Of a stretch of DNA of 64,000 nt, positions 48,835 through 59,451 are shown in pieces. Location of the stretch: contig CANGWH010000002.1 in assembly GCA_947457565.1 (NCBI GenBank), forward strand, positions 12,175 through 76,174, given 5' to 3'. The notes beneath the pieces are model-generated. The model was not told the DNA's origin. It saw nothing but the letters and a program-made list of their open reading frames with translations, and ran no database searches. This DNA comes from Flavobacteriales bacterium. Lineage in GTDB: Bacteria; Bacteroidota; Bacteroidia; NS11-12g; UBA955. A program made the translations under genes and the position numbers. Numbering within the stretch: position 1 is the first letter of the stretch; the number at the start of each line of letters is the position of its first letter.

Positions 48835-50472
48835 ATGGCTAATCTAAAGATTGCCCTAGCCCAATTAAATTATAAGGTTGGTGATTTTGAGAGAAACACG
48901 GCAAAGATTGCGGATGTATTATTTGAAGCGAAGCAAAATAAAACAGATTTAGTAGTATTTTCGGAACTCTCCGTTTGTGGTTATTCGCCGGATGATTTAT
49001 TGGATTATCCTTGGTTTATAGAAAAATGCGAGCAAAGTTTAGAGGCAGTAGCCATGGCATGCGATGGTATCGCGGCCATAGTGGGCGGTGTGATGAGGAA
49101 TCCTGGAAAAGGCAGACAATTACAGAATGTTTGCTGCTTTATTCATGATGGCAAAATCGATCATATCATACCCAAAACACTACTACCCACTTACGATGTT
49201 TTTAATGAACGTCGATATTTTGAGCCTGGGAATCAACCACAAGTTATTGAATACAAAGGAACTAAAATCGGCATTGCCATTTGTGAAGATCTGTGGGACA
49301 TTTACAATGATTTTGAATATTTACAGCATCCCGGTGAAGATTTAGTGACATTGGGGGCTGAAATAATTATAAATCCTTCAGCATCACCCTTTCATATTGG
49401 TAAACAATCGTTAAGAAACCGTGTTTTTGCAGGACAAGCAAGTCGATTTGGTGTTCCCGTATTGTATTGCAATCAGGTGGGGGTACATACAGAATTACTG
49501 TTTGATGGCAGTTCAAGAGCCATCAATGCAACGGGGGAAGTTGCGGCACAATTACCTAGTTTTGATGAATCCGTAGTTTATCTTCACTATAAAGAAGGGG
49601 AATTTATTGCTGAAAAATCCGTCCCGTTAGAAACTGATGACATCGCTTTGTTGCATCAATCCTTGGTATTTGGAATCCGCGATTATTTCTCGAAAATGGG
49701 ATTTAAATCGGCAACTTTTGGTGCGAGTGGGGGAATCGATAGTGCCGTAATCCAAGCGTTAGCAACGGAGGCATTGGGGGCCAATAATGTGCACCCTGTT
49801 TTAATGCCTTCGATGTACAGTTCGGACCACAGTATTAACGATGCTTTAGAACTATCTAGACGATTAGATAATAGTTCGATAACCTTACCCATTGAAGATA
49901 TCTATAATTCAACCATCAAAACACTTAAGCCAATTTTTAAAAACTTACCCTTTTCGTTGGCTGAAGAGAATTTACAAGCGCGCACCCGGGCTGTATTACT
50001 CATGGGTATTAGCAATAAATTTGGCTATATTCTATTGAATACCAGCAATAAAAGCGAAATGAGTGTTGGGTATTCTACGTTGTATGGCGATTTGTGTGGT
50101 GCCTTATCCCCCATTGGTGATGTTTATAAAACCCAGGTATATGCACTGGCCAAATACATCAATCGAAACCAGGAATTAATTCCCAAAAACATTATTGAAA
50201 AAGCGCCATCGGCAGAACTGAGACCGGGCCAAAAAGATCAAGATTCCTTACCGCCTTATGAAGTATTGGATGAAATACTCAAAAACTATATTGAGTTGAA
50301 GCGGGGGCGAGACGAAATCATCACCTTAGGTTACGAACCATCTACCGTAGACAAGGTAATTGCTTTGGTTAACGGTAGCGAATACAAGCGCTATCAAGCT
50401 CCGCCTATACTTCGTGTGAGTTCGAAAGCATTTGGCAAAGGAAGAGTAATGCCGTTGGTTGGGAAATATTAA
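48835..50472 (+). CDS. nadE: Glutamine-dependent NAD+ synthetase
   Basis: It has an N-terminal CN-hydrolase domain (E-K-C triad context, CEDLW) and a C-terminal NAD-synthase PP-loop SGGIDSAV. It is 545 aa long. Confidence 0.9.
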   Translation: MANLKIALAQLNYKVGDFERNTAKIADVLFEAKQNKTDLVVFSELSVCGYSPDDLLDYPWFIEKCEQSLEAVAMACDGIAAIVGGVMRNPGKGRQLQNVCCFIHDGKIDHIIPKTLLPTYDVFNERRYFEPGNQPQVIEYKGTKIGIAICEDLWDIYNDFEYLQHPGEDLVTLGAEIIINPSASPFHIGKQSLRNRVFAGQASRFGVPVLYCNQVGVHTELLFDGSSRAINATGEVAAQLPSFDESVVYLHYKEGEFIAEKSVPLETDDIALLHQSLVFGIRDYFSKMGFKSATFGASGGIDSAVIQALATEALGANNVHPVLMPSMYSSDHSINDALELSRRLDNSSITLPIEDIYNSTIKTLKPIFKNLPFSLAEENLQARTRAVLLMGISNKFGYILLNTSNKSEMSVGYSTLYGDLCGALSPIGDVYKTQVYALAKYINRNQELIPKNIIEKAPSAELRPGQKDQDSLPPYEVLDEILKNYIELKRGRDEIITLGYEPSTVDKVIALVNGSEYKRYQAPPILRVSSKAFGKGRVMPLVGKY

Positions 50473-51716
50473 TGGAAACGGCCAAAATCCTGCCTAACTC
50501 TTCCAACTATCCCAAGGAATTTTGGATAATGTGTGTGGGTGCACTTAGTTTTTTTCTATCCTTCAATATTGTATTGCCCGAATTAGCTACAGAATTACGA
50601 CATCGTGGGGGTGGTGCTTACGTAAGTTGGATTATTCCGTTGTTTTCTTTTAGTGCCTTAATTGCTAGGCCATTCAGCGGTTGGTTGGCCGATAATGTAG
50701 GCCGAAAGGTGGTAATGATTGGTGGTTGTATTTTCTGTTTAATTGCCGGCTGGTTTTACCCCATGGTTGGTTCCGCGATTTCTTTTTTATGGTTACGCGT
50801 TTTTCATGGCTTTTCTACAGGCTTTACCCCAACTGGATTCACTGCATTTACCGCGGATATTGTACCTGAAAGTCATAGAGGACGAGCGATGGGTTGGCAG
50901 GGTATGTTCAACAACATAGGCACCACCTTGGGATATGCTCTTGGAGCTAAAATTGCATTTCATCTAGGATCAAATTGGTTGTTTTATTTTAGCTCTGGGT
51001 TTGCCGCCATAGCTATGATTATGTTTCAACTATTACCTGAAACTAAACCTTATCGAACCGAAAGAAAAAAGTTCGAATTTAAATTCTCGGCCTTATTCTA
51101 TTGGCCCGCGTGGAAACCATCATTATTAATGGGTTTAGTTTGTATTTCCTTAGGGACTTTACTAACGGTGATGCCAGATTTTACTCAAATGCTGGGGTAT
51201 AAAGACAAAGGATTTTATTTAAGTATTTATATTGCCACATCGCTATTTTTTCGATTAATCAGCGGAAGAGTTTCGGATAAACTAGGCCGGGCTTGGAGCA
51301 CAGCTATTGGAACTTTTTTCCAAATAATATCGATGGCTCTATTGGTTGGTATCGCTAGCAAATATATCTTATCTATTGAAATTGCGTTTGTTACGTCTGC
51401 ACTTTGTTATGGTTTAGGGCAAGGGTTCAATGCTCCCAGTTTATTTGCATGGGGCACTGACACCGCCGGAGATTTACATCGTGGCAAAGCCATGGCAATG
51501 ATTTTTATATTTTTGGAACTTGGAATAATTGCAGGTGGATTAATTGCCGGACATTATGCGGTTGTACCCATAGTTCCTGCGGGGATTTCAGAGGAATCCA
51601 TAGTAGGTGCCTATTGGAATTATTCGGCTATTTTCGGCGTGAATTTAATTAGTTTTTTAATTGCCTTTGTATTCTCGGCCTATCAAATTATTGCAACTAA
51701 AAAGAGAGAATTTTAA
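50472..51716 (+). CDS. MFS transporter
   Basis: 12 predicted TM helices and an MFS motif GRKVVMIGG between TM2 and TM3. Confidence 0.75.
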   Translation: METAKILPNSSNYPKEFWIMCVGALSFFLSFNIVLPELATELRHRGGGAYVSWIIPLFSFSALIARPFSGWLADNVGRKVVMIGGCIFCLIAGWFYPMVGSAISFLWLRVFHGFSTGFTPTGFTAFTADIVPESHRGRAMGWQGMFNNIGTTLGYALGAKIAFHLGSNWLFYFSSGFAAIAMIMFQLLPETKPYRTERKKFEFKFSALFYWPAWKPSLLMGLVCISLGTLLTVMPDFTQMLGYKDKGFYLSIYIATSLFFRLISGRVSDKLGRAWSTAIGTFFQIISMALLVGIASKYILSIEIAFVTSALCYGLGQGFNAPSLFAWGTDTAGDLHRGKAMAMIFIFLELGIIAGGLIAGHYAVVPIVPAGISEESIVGAYWNYSAIFGVNLISFLIAFVFSAYQIIATKKREF

Positions 51717-52354
51717 TTATCCGATGGGATACTAAGCGCAGGATCATTGTATTCCTGTATTGGAACAGCGGGTTGATTTGCGTCTTGAATCTTTTCCAAT
51801 ACTTTTAAAACATCATTCCTCCACCGAACGTTGGTATTATATATTCCGTATAGATATCTTACCATTTCCTGATCGGATTGCGTTGGTCTGCCATTTTTCT
51901 TTGTAAAACTGCGATTAATTCCATCGAGGTACAACCCAAAATCCAGAATACAATCATACCACGAAGCATAAATTGAGTAGTTGGTTTTTGATTTTGCAAC
52001 GGCCGTTGTTTTTCTAGAACGAGGGAAACGCATACCTACCAAGTTATTATAAAGTCTGGAGTATTTCGAATATTGGCCATCTACTCCTGATTCAATTATT
52101 TTAACCGCAGTGAAAATATTCGCCCACTGTGGAATTGCCTCTGTGGCTACATGATGCATGGCCATAACCGAAGGAATCTTCTTTAAAGAAAGGGTCAAAG
52201 TATCGTAAAATAGAGTATCATTCCGCAATACAATTGCGGTATCCGACGCCTTAATCAAAGATGTCTTAGAAGTTTCAAAGGTTGCTTTTCCAATCACCGC
52301 CGCACTACACAAAATCAGAACTGTGGTTGGAAAAATCCACTTGCTTCTGAGCAT
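51713..52354 (-). CDS. Secreted glucosaminidase-domain (FlgJ-like) peptidoglycan hydrolase
   Basis: It has a signal peptide and the segment VKIIESGVDGQYSKYSRLYNNLVGMRFP, which resembles the PF01832 ESGWG...NNLFGIK core. Confidence 0.5.
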   Translation of the reverse strand: MLRSKWIFPTTVLILCSAAVIGKATFETSKTSLIKASDTAIVLRNDTLFYDTLTLSLKKIPSVMAMHHVATEAIPQWANIFTAVKIIESGVDGQYSKYSRLYNNLVGMRFPRSRKTTAVAKSKTNYSIYASWYDCILDFGLYLDGINRSFTKKNGRPTQSDQEMVRYLYGIYNTNVRWRNDVLKVLEKIQDANQPAVPIQEYNDPALSIPSDN

Positions 52355-52402
52355 AAGTACAAAGATAGTAAACTAAGAAAATTGCAACTGATTAATTAAT
52401 AA

Positions 52403-54352
52403 TCAATTAATCCACATGTTGCTCACAGCCATTCCCAATACCGCTGCAATTTCTCTTTTTTGTTCATTTAAAAATTCCACATACAGCAATAATTCCTCCA
52501 TGTCGCAATCGGGATTTTTCAACTCTAATAATTTGGAATTAATGAGTTTATCTATTTTTTTACGTTTGAAATGAAGCAACAAATTAATGGCCACTTCAAG
52601 GTACTGTGTTTCCTCTGTACTTACGTCAATTAAGTTAGCAGCAAAAGCTTCACTTAACTCATGACTAGCGGTTAATTCGCCGGCGGCCCACCGAGCAATT
52701 TCCTCATTTTCGTGATTAAGAAAGAACCCAGCATCGGGAATATCTTCTGTATTTAAAAAATACGGTATCAATAATTGGGCAAAGGGCTCGTGAAATTCCA
52801 AAAAATCATCTTCTTGAATTTTTTGTTTCAGAAAATGAAATAAGGAATTAGATTCCAGCGCTGGTTTATTTCCATGCAACAACATCAATCGGAAAAATCC
52901 CATCTCTTGTTCCTTATCCGTAAGCGGTTCTTGAATATGAATTTCTGCGGGTACCTCTTTGGTTGATTGCGAAACATTATTCAACAGTTGTTGACTTTCC
53001 TTAATTTTCTCTTGCCGCAGTAATTTGGCTAATTCGGAGGTTAAAATAACCTCTTCCATTTGACAAACTCCGGCCAATTGTTGGAGCAAGGTACTACGTT
53101 TTAAGCCATCTTTAATCAGAGCTACACTTTTAAGAATTTCCTTTACCGCATCGGACTTTCTCAAAGGATCCCCGTCTGTTTCTTGCAGCAATAATTCAGC
53201 TTTAAACACAATAAATGTTTTTTCGCTTTGATCAACAAACCTAGAAAATCCTTCGCCACCTAATTGTTGGCAATAGGAATCTGGGTCTTCTCCATCGGGC
53301 AGTAGAACCACCCTAACGTTAAGATCTTCTTCTAATAGTAAATCAATCCCGCGCAGAGAAGCTTTGATACCGGCAGCATCTCCATCGTAAATAACCGTAA
53401 CATTTTGGGTAAATCGTTTCACTAATTTAATTTGACCTGGGGTTAAGGCAGTGCCGCTGCTTGCCACCGCATTCTCAACTCCATTTTGATGCATGGTAAT
53501 TACATCGGTATAGCCTTCACAGAGCAATACTTTATCCAATTTTTTAATGGCATTTTTCGCTTGAAAAACACCAAACAATACTTCACTTTTCTTGTATAAT
53601 TCTGTTTCTGGGGAATTAACGTATTTAGGCGCATTATCGGCATTACCCATTTTCCTTCCACCAAAGCCAATAACTTTTCCAATGACACTGTGAATGGGGA
53701 ATATTACACGATTTCTAAATAAATCGTAATACGACCCATTATCTCTTTCTTTAATCAACCCTGCTCCCAGTAAAAAATCGGATTTATACCCTTTATCCAA
53801 TGCGGCTGTTGTAAATGATTCCCAGCCTTCGGGATTATACCCCAACTGCCATTTTTTAATCGTTTCTAGGGTAAATCCTCGTTCCCTGAAATAAGGCAAG
53901 GCGATGGAAGCACCTTCTTCTGTATCGTGCAGTTGCTGTTGAAAATAATCGGCGGCAAAATCTACCGCAGCTTGTATTGATTCTCGATGTAGTTGTTTTT
54001 CTTTAAAGTTATCTTGATCTTCTATTGATCGGGTTTCTTCCAGGGTTATTCCGTATCTATTGGCCAATATCCTTGCTGATTCTGCAAAAGACAGGTTATC
54101 GATATCCATTAGAAATTGAATAGCATTTCCACCTTTTTGACAGCCAAAACACTTGTAAATCCCTAAGGTTGGAGAAACCACAAAACTGGGCGTTTTTTCA
54201 TTGTGAAACGGACAAGGCGCTTTGTAACGCGATCCACTTTTCCGCAAAGAGACATAATCGCCAACTACCTCATCAATCGGTACAACCGTTAATAAATGTT
54301 GAATGGACTGTTCGGTAATCATGCTATAATCTAAACTACTAATATACTCCAA
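52403..54352 (-). CDS. dnaG: DNA primase
   Basis: It has a CHC2 zinc finger (CPFHNEKTPSF...CFGC) and a TOPRIM domain (EGYTDV, DGDAAG). Confidence 0.9.
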   Translation of the reverse strand: MEYISSLDYSMITEQSIQHLLTVVPIDEVVGDYVSLRKSGSRYKAPCPFHNEKTPSFVVSPTLGIYKCFGCQKGGNAIQFLMDIDNLSFAESARILANRYGITLEETRSIEDQDNFKEKQLHRESIQAAVDFAADYFQQQLHDTEEGASIALPYFRERGFTLETIKKWQLGYNPEGWESFTTAALDKGYKSDFLLGAGLIKERDNGSYYDLFRNRVIFPIHSVIGKVIGFGGRKMGNADNAPKYVNSPETELYKKSEVLFGVFQAKNAIKKLDKVLLCEGYTDVITMHQNGVENAVASSGTALTPGQIKLVKRFTQNVTVIYDGDAAGIKASLRGIDLLLEEDLNVRVVLLPDGEDPDSYCQQLGGEGFSRFVDQSEKTFIVFKAELLLQETDGDPLRKSDAVKEILKSVALIKDGLKRSTLLQQLAGVCQMEEVILTSELAKLLRQEKIKESQQLLNNVSQSTKEVPAEIHIQEPLTDKEQEMGFFRLMLLHGNKPALESNSLFHFLKQKIQEDDFLEFHEPFAQLLIPYFLNTEDIPDAGFFLNHENEEIARWAAGELTASHELSEAFAANLIDVSTEETQYLEVAINLLLHFKRKKIDKLINSKLLELKNPDCDMEELLLYVEFLNEQKREIAAVLGMAVSNMWIN

Positions 54353-54367
54353 AAAAAGTTATTAGAT

Positions 54368-55597
54368 TTGCAAAGAACCCTCTACTTACGGGAAAATCCA
54401 AATACCATGGTTAATAAAGCAGCGATACAGGAAAAAGCCAAGGCGCTATTGCCACGATTAATTGAAATTCGCAGATTGATTCACGAGAATCCAGAATTAT
54501 CGTTTCAAGAACACGAAACGGCCGCACTGGTTGAACGTTATTTACAACAGTCGTTGGGGTTGAAAACGGAACGATTAGCCAATACAGGTGTTGTAGCCAC
54601 CATCGAAGGTAGAAATCCAAATTCAAAAACGGTGGGTCTGAGGGCCGATATGGATGCTTTGCCAATTGTTGAAGTAAATGATGGTAGAGCATACCGCTCC
54701 AAAAAGGAAGGAATTATGCATGCCTGTGGTCACGATGCCCATACCACGAGTTTATTGGGTGCAGCAACCATTTTAAATGAGCTGAAAGATCAATTTCAAG
54801 GTAGAATTAAACTTGTTTTTCAACCTGGAGAAGAAAAACTACCCGGTGGAGCATCGTTAATGATAAAAGAGGGTGTACTTTCCGATATAGACGTTATGAT
54901 TGGCCAACATGTTATGCCAGCCATTTACACCGGCAAAGTAGGATTCCGACCAGGATTATACATGGCAAGCACGGATGAAATATATGTAAAAATCCATGGA
55001 AAAGGTGGCCATGGGGCTATGCCACATTTAACGGTAGATCCAATTGCAATTGCGGCAAATTTAATTGTTGCCCTACAACAAATTGTATCTAGAAATGCCA
55101 ATCCCACCCTACCCTCTGTTCTTACTTTTGGCAAAATAATTGGCAACGGAGCCACCAATGTTATCCCATCGGAGGTGATTTTGGAAGGGACGTTTAGAAC
55201 ATTAGACGAAACTTGGCGAACTAGTGCGCACGAGAAAATGGTTACAATGGCTAAGGGAATCGTTGAAAGTATGGGCGGTACGGTAGATTTCAATATTGTT
55301 CGAGGATATCCGTTTTTAAGGAATAACGAACCCCTAACAGAACGCTGTATTAGCTCAGCCAATGAATACATGGGTTCAGAAAATGTAGAACCGTTAGGTA
55401 TTTGGATGGCCGCAGAAGATTTTTCGTATTATTCGCAAGAAGTACCGAGTTGTTTTTATCGATTAGGTACAAAATCTGACAGCAAAAATACCGGCATAAG
55501 TGTGCATAATGCTGGTTTCGACATTGATGAAGATGCGTTGGAGTTTGGTTGCGGATTGTTGAGTTGGTTAGCGTTAAATGAACTTAACCACCAATAA
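54368..55597 (+). CDS. M20D-family amidohydrolase (N-acyl-L-amino acid amidohydrolase-like)
   Basis: It has the HACGHDAHT metal-binding motif and is about 400 aa long. Confidence 0.8.
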   Translation: MQRTLYLRENPNTMVNKAAIQEKAKALLPRLIEIRRLIHENPELSFQEHETAALVERYLQQSLGLKTERLANTGVVATIEGRNPNSKTVGLRADMDALPIVEVNDGRAYRSKKEGIMHACGHDAHTTSLLGAATILNELKDQFQGRIKLVFQPGEEKLPGGASLMIKEGVLSDIDVMIGQHVMPAIYTGKVGFRPGLYMASTDEIYVKIHGKGGHGAMPHLTVDPIAIAANLIVALQQIVSRNANPTLPSVLTFGKIIGNGATNVIPSEVILEGTFRTLDETWRTSAHEKMVTMAKGIVESMGGTVDFNIVRGYPFLRNNEPLTERCISSANEYMGSENVEPLGIWMAAEDFSYYSQEVPSCFYRLGTKSDSKNTGISVHNAGFDIDEDALEFGCGLLSWLALNELNHQ

Positions 55598-55982
55598 TAT
55601 ATTTAAGACTGTCTACAGCAGCATCCCAAATAGAAGCCGCCATTTCTTCTTCTCCTTCGTCTACAAATTCGGTAATGAGCAAATCAACATCCCCAGTTAT
55701 TTCGTCTTGTTGAATCCGAAACTCTAAAAACTCTTCTGGCGAAGGCGAGGCAGCTACACTAAACTTCACGTACTTATTAACCACATTTTTAATAAGATTC
55801 GCTTCGGTTTTCGTTCCATCGTCCCATTGAAAAACATATTGGGTCCCACTTTTTACGCCTACGTGATCGGCAAACCAACTTTGTAAACCGGATGGATTAG
55901 AAATATACTGATATATTATTGTTGGTGAGGAACGAAGTGGGTATTCCAATTCTATTTTTATTCTCGCATTACCTGTAGCCAT
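55584..55982 (-). CDS. SRPBCC/AHSA1-like small protein
   Basis: About 130 aa from the internal Met (MATGNARIKIELEYP...). The pattern is weakly like the activator-of-Hsp90 or START superfamily. Confidence 0.4.
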   Translation of the reverse strand: MATGNARIKIELEYPLRSSPTIIYQYISNPSGLQSWFADHVGVKSGTQYVFQWDDGTKTEANLIKNVVNKYVKFSVAASPSPEEFLEFRIQQDEITGDVDLLITEFVDEGEEEMAASIWDAAVDSLKYIIGG

Positions 55983-56007
55983 ATTGCATTGATTTGGGGT
56001 ATCTCTA

Positions 56008-56688
56008 GTGCAAAAAAGGCATTTTGATGTTAATTTCAAAATTATCTGCCATGAAGTTAGAATTATATTTGTACACATGATCCATTCCTCCACCTATACT
56101 CAAGGAGCTTTTGTGCTGTTTTTATCGGCGTTTTTAATAGCTATCGGTGGATTAAATATGCCCATTACTTGGTATATTCATCGAAATGGATTTCACGAAG
56201 CCGATGTTTTTTTTAATTTCTACACCCAAACGGCCGAGTGGCTTCTTATTGTAATCGCCGCAATATTATCGTTTTACACCAATCGTATTGTAGGAATTGT
56301 ATTTTTGGCAACCGCATCTATTCAGGGATTAATCGTATTAGCTATAAAACAATGGGTGAATGCACCTAGGCCGGCCACCGTTGCAATTGAACAAATACGA
56401 TCTATACCTGGGGTACCACTACAGTATTGGAACTCTTTTCCGAGTGGTCATACGGCAATTGCCGTTTTATGCTATGGATTCATTGCCCTTAGTATTAACA
56501 CTCTTTTACGAAAAAATAACAAAATAGTACAGCTGTGTTTATTGTATTTAGCCGCAGCAATGGCATATTCGCGTATATATTTGGGTCAGCATTCCTTACT
56601 AGATGTAAGTATCGGGGGGATATTAGCTCTTATATTCTTGCAAACATCCCAATGGATAATACGCAATTGGCTTACCAAAGTTGTTTAA
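56008..56688 (+). CDS. PAP2-family membrane phosphatase
   Basis: It has the KxxxxxxRP (KQWVNAPRP), PSGHT and SRIYLGQHSLLDV motifs and is polytopic. Confidence 0.75.
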   Translation: MQKRHFDVNFKIICHEVRIIFVHMIHSSTYTQGAFVLFLSAFLIAIGGLNMPITWYIHRNGFHEADVFFNFYTQTAEWLLIVIAAILSFYTNRIVGIVFLATASIQGLIVLAIKQWVNAPRPATVAIEQIRSIPGVPLQYWNSFPSGHTAIAVLCYGFIALSINTLLRKNNKIVQLCLLYLAAAMAYSRIYLGQHSLLDVSIGGILALIFLQTSQWIIRNWLTKVV

Positions 56689-56740
56689 GCGCAGGGAATC
56701 TAGTTAATTGCCATTATTCTTCTTACTGCAATCAGAAAAT

Positions 56741-58441
56741 ATGTCAAAACTCACCATCCATATTCTATTAACAATAGTTGCTGCGCTGCTACTATTGCCT
56801 GGACTTGGCTTGGTACCCTTATTTGATTGGGATGAATTAAATTTCGCCGAATCGGCCCGCGAAATGGCATTAACAAACAATTGGTGGTATGTTCAAATGG
56901 GCTTCGAACCATTTTGGGAAAAGCCCCCATTGGCCATAATATTTCAAGCACTGGCTGTAAATATATTTGGGGATCACTCTTGGGTTTATCGATTACCCAA
57001 TGCCGTTGCAGGCATCGTAACGGTAAACTTCGTTTATCATGTAGGAGAATATTTAGGCAGGAGGATGTTAGGTATATTTTGGGCAATTACCCTGCTTTGT
57101 ACGTTTGCCACGTTTATCTATTGGAAATCCGCAATTATTGATCCTGTTTTCAATTTACTTATTGTCTTGTCCTTGTGGAATTGGTATAAAATAAGTCGGG
57201 CCGAAATTCACGGTGAGCGCTCCCATATTTATTATTTACTTAGCGGTTTGTTTATTGCCCTTGCTACGTTAACCAAAGGGCAGGCAGCTTTAATTATTTT
57301 CTTGGCTATTATTGGTTGGATTACGCTCTATCGAGGTCGATGGCACGATTTATTAACGGGTAAATTTTTCTTGTTTCTATTGCCCATTTTTATACTCGTT
57401 GGAGGTTGGGTATTTAAGGTTTATCAACTGTTAGGGAGTTCTTTTTTTGTGTCATTTTTCTCTTATCAACAAGAATTAATACGAGGTCAATTTGAATGGC
57501 ATACACAACCTTGGTTTTACCACATCGTTGTTTTGCTTATTTTGTGCTTTCCATCATCGGCAATTGCTGTAAAATACTTAACAAAGAAAGGAGAAGAAGA
57601 CTATATTTTGGAGAGTTGGCATTTTTTAATGCGCAGCATGTTTTGGATAGTTCTTTTGATTTTTTCCATTGTTTCCACTAAAATCATCCATTATTCTAGT
57701 CTTTGTTGGTGGCCGATTACTTACTTTGCTGCCTATCATTGTTATTTGGTTTATACCAATAGAGCCGTAACCACATCTGGGCAAAAATTATGGTTAATAT
57801 TGAGTGGATTCATCCTGTGTATTGTGCTTTGGGCGGGTCCTATAGCGCTAAATTGGGTAGATTGGAGGCATAGCCGATGGTTCAGCAGCTTGGATTCTTA
57901 TGCTATAGCAATATTGGAATCGGGACCTTGGTCTACAATCACTTTACTACCGGGTTTAATACTATTTATTGGAATTGTTTTCATCGTTAAAATGATATTT
58001 CAAACAGGGAAAAAAGAATTCATGGAGGGCAACTTATTATTAATAACCTTGTTGGTAGCCATTGCATCCTATACCCTCTTACTACCCTCTGCCGCTAACA
58101 CCCTACAAAATCCATTGTCTTTGTATATCAAGAAATTGAATCACAAACAAATTCTCATTGAAAATCAAGGCTTTAAAACCTATGCTATCTATTACCATGG
58201 TAAATTTACACCCAGAAATTTTACCGGTAGCTGGTTTACATCTTCAGCTATGGTCCGCGATAAAATCAAAGGCCATCCTTATCCTAAACAGGAAGCTAGA
58301 AAGGTATGGATTCGCGATGGCGAACCGAGCGAGCCTTCCTATTTAATAACAAAAAACACCTATAAACCCGACTTATATTTCTTGCATCAATTTAAACAAA
58401 CCGATTCATTTATTGGATATAGGGTTTGGAAACGCAAATAG
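56741..58441 (+). CDS. GT39/GT83 (ArnT/PMT-like) membrane glycosyltransferase
   Basis: It has an N-terminal loop motif (PLFDWDELNFAESAREM, the DE motif of ArnT/PMT), many TM helices and a C-terminal periplasmic domain. Confidence 0.7.
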   Translation: MSKLTIHILLTIVAALLLLPGLGLVPLFDWDELNFAESAREMALTNNWWYVQMGFEPFWEKPPLAIIFQALAVNIFGDHSWVYRLPNAVAGIVTVNFVYHVGEYLGRRMLGIFWAITLLCTFATFIYWKSAIIDPVFNLLIVLSLWNWYKISRAEIHGERSHIYYLLSGLFIALATLTKGQAALIIFLAIIGWITLYRGRWHDLLTGKFFLFLLPIFILVGGWVFKVYQLLGSSFFVSFFSYQQELIRGQFEWHTQPWFYHIVVLLILCFPSSAIAVKYLTKKGEEDYILESWHFLMRSMFWIVLLIFSIVSTKIIHYSSLCWWPITYFAAYHCYLVYTNRAVTTSGQKLWLILSGFILCIVLWAGPIALNWVDWRHSRWFSSLDSYAIAILESGPWSTITLLPGLILFIGIVFIVKMIFQTGKKEFMEGNLLLITLLVAIASYTLLLPSAANTLQNPLSLYIKKLNHKQILIENQGFKTYAIYYHGKFTPRNFTGSWFTSSAMVRDKIKGHPYPKQEARKVWIRDGEPSEPSYLITKNTYKPDLYFLHQFKQTDSFIGYRVWKRK

Positions 58442-58500
58442 ACTTGGGGTTTGTATTCATAAATTTTTCTTCTAAATTGCAAATTATCAACCCCGGGAAT

Positions 58501-59451
58501 ATGAAAGCGAATAGAACATGTGTAATCACCTCCAACTGGGAAAAAGGCGCTGGAAAGATTGGAACTTCTTTAGGCCCATCGCGAATAAAATCATTATTAG
58601 AATCTAATACTTTAGGACAGCGATTTATTGAAACCATCACTGTAGAATCGAAATCAACTATTGAACCTAACAGCAGCCAATCAATAGAATTCAATCCAGC
58701 AAAGCACATTGAAGAATTAATTCAACATTCGCAACAACTAAGCACTACGGTTGAAGATTGCATAATTTCCGGGTATAACGCATTGGTTCTTTCCGGTGAT
58801 CATTCCAACGCCATTGGCACAGTTAGCGGGTTATGCCGATCTTTAGGGGGTGAAAACATAGGCGTAATTTGGATCGATGCCCATTTGGATTTACACTCGC
58901 CCTACACTACTCCATCGGGGAACATTCATGGAATGAGTGTAAATGCATTATTGGGAGACGATAATAAGGACCAAGCTGTAAGAATCTTAACGCAAGAACA
59001 ATTAGAATCTTGGAATTCTTTGAAAACAATAAAGAACAACAAACCTCAAAATTGTATTTTACCTAAAAATTTAATTTTCATAGCCACAAGATCTTTCGAA
59101 AAAGAAGAATGGGCGTTAATTCAAAAGCATAATATACTTGTAATTACAGTACAAGAAATCAAAGAAAATGGCAATGATTGGTTAAATAATCAAATTAATG
59201 AACACCTAAAACATTGCTTATATCGATATGTGAGTTTTGATGTTGATTCCCTAGATTCTAGTATTTCTTCAGCAACAGGGACACCGGAACCCCAGGGGCT
59301 GAACATTGAAATCTCCTCTTATTTATTTGAGCAGTTGTGGAATCATCCGCAAACGGTTTGTATGGAAATTACAGAATTCAATCCATCATTACCTGAGCCA
59401 GAAAAATTAGACCACGCCTTATTGAATTGCTTTCAATCGGTGGTTATCTAA
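58501..59451 (+). CDS. Arginase/agmatinase/formiminoglutamase-family ureohydrolase
   Basis: It has the Mn-binding motifs SGDHS, DAHLD and SFDVDSLD. Confidence 0.75.
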   Translation: MKANRTCVITSNWEKGAGKIGTSLGPSRIKSLLESNTLGQRFIETITVESKSTIEPNSSQSIEFNPAKHIEELIQHSQQLSTTVEDCIISGYNALVLSGDHSNAIGTVSGLCRSLGGENIGVIWIDAHLDLHSPYTTPSGNIHGMSVNALLGDDNKDQAVRILTQEQLESWNSLKTIKNNKPQNCILPKNLIFIATRSFEKEEWALIQKHNILVITVQEIKENGNDWLNNQINEHLKHCLYRYVSFDVDSLDSSISSATGTPEPQGLNIEISSYLFEQLWNHPQTVCMEITEFNPSLPEPEKLDHALLNCFQSVVI

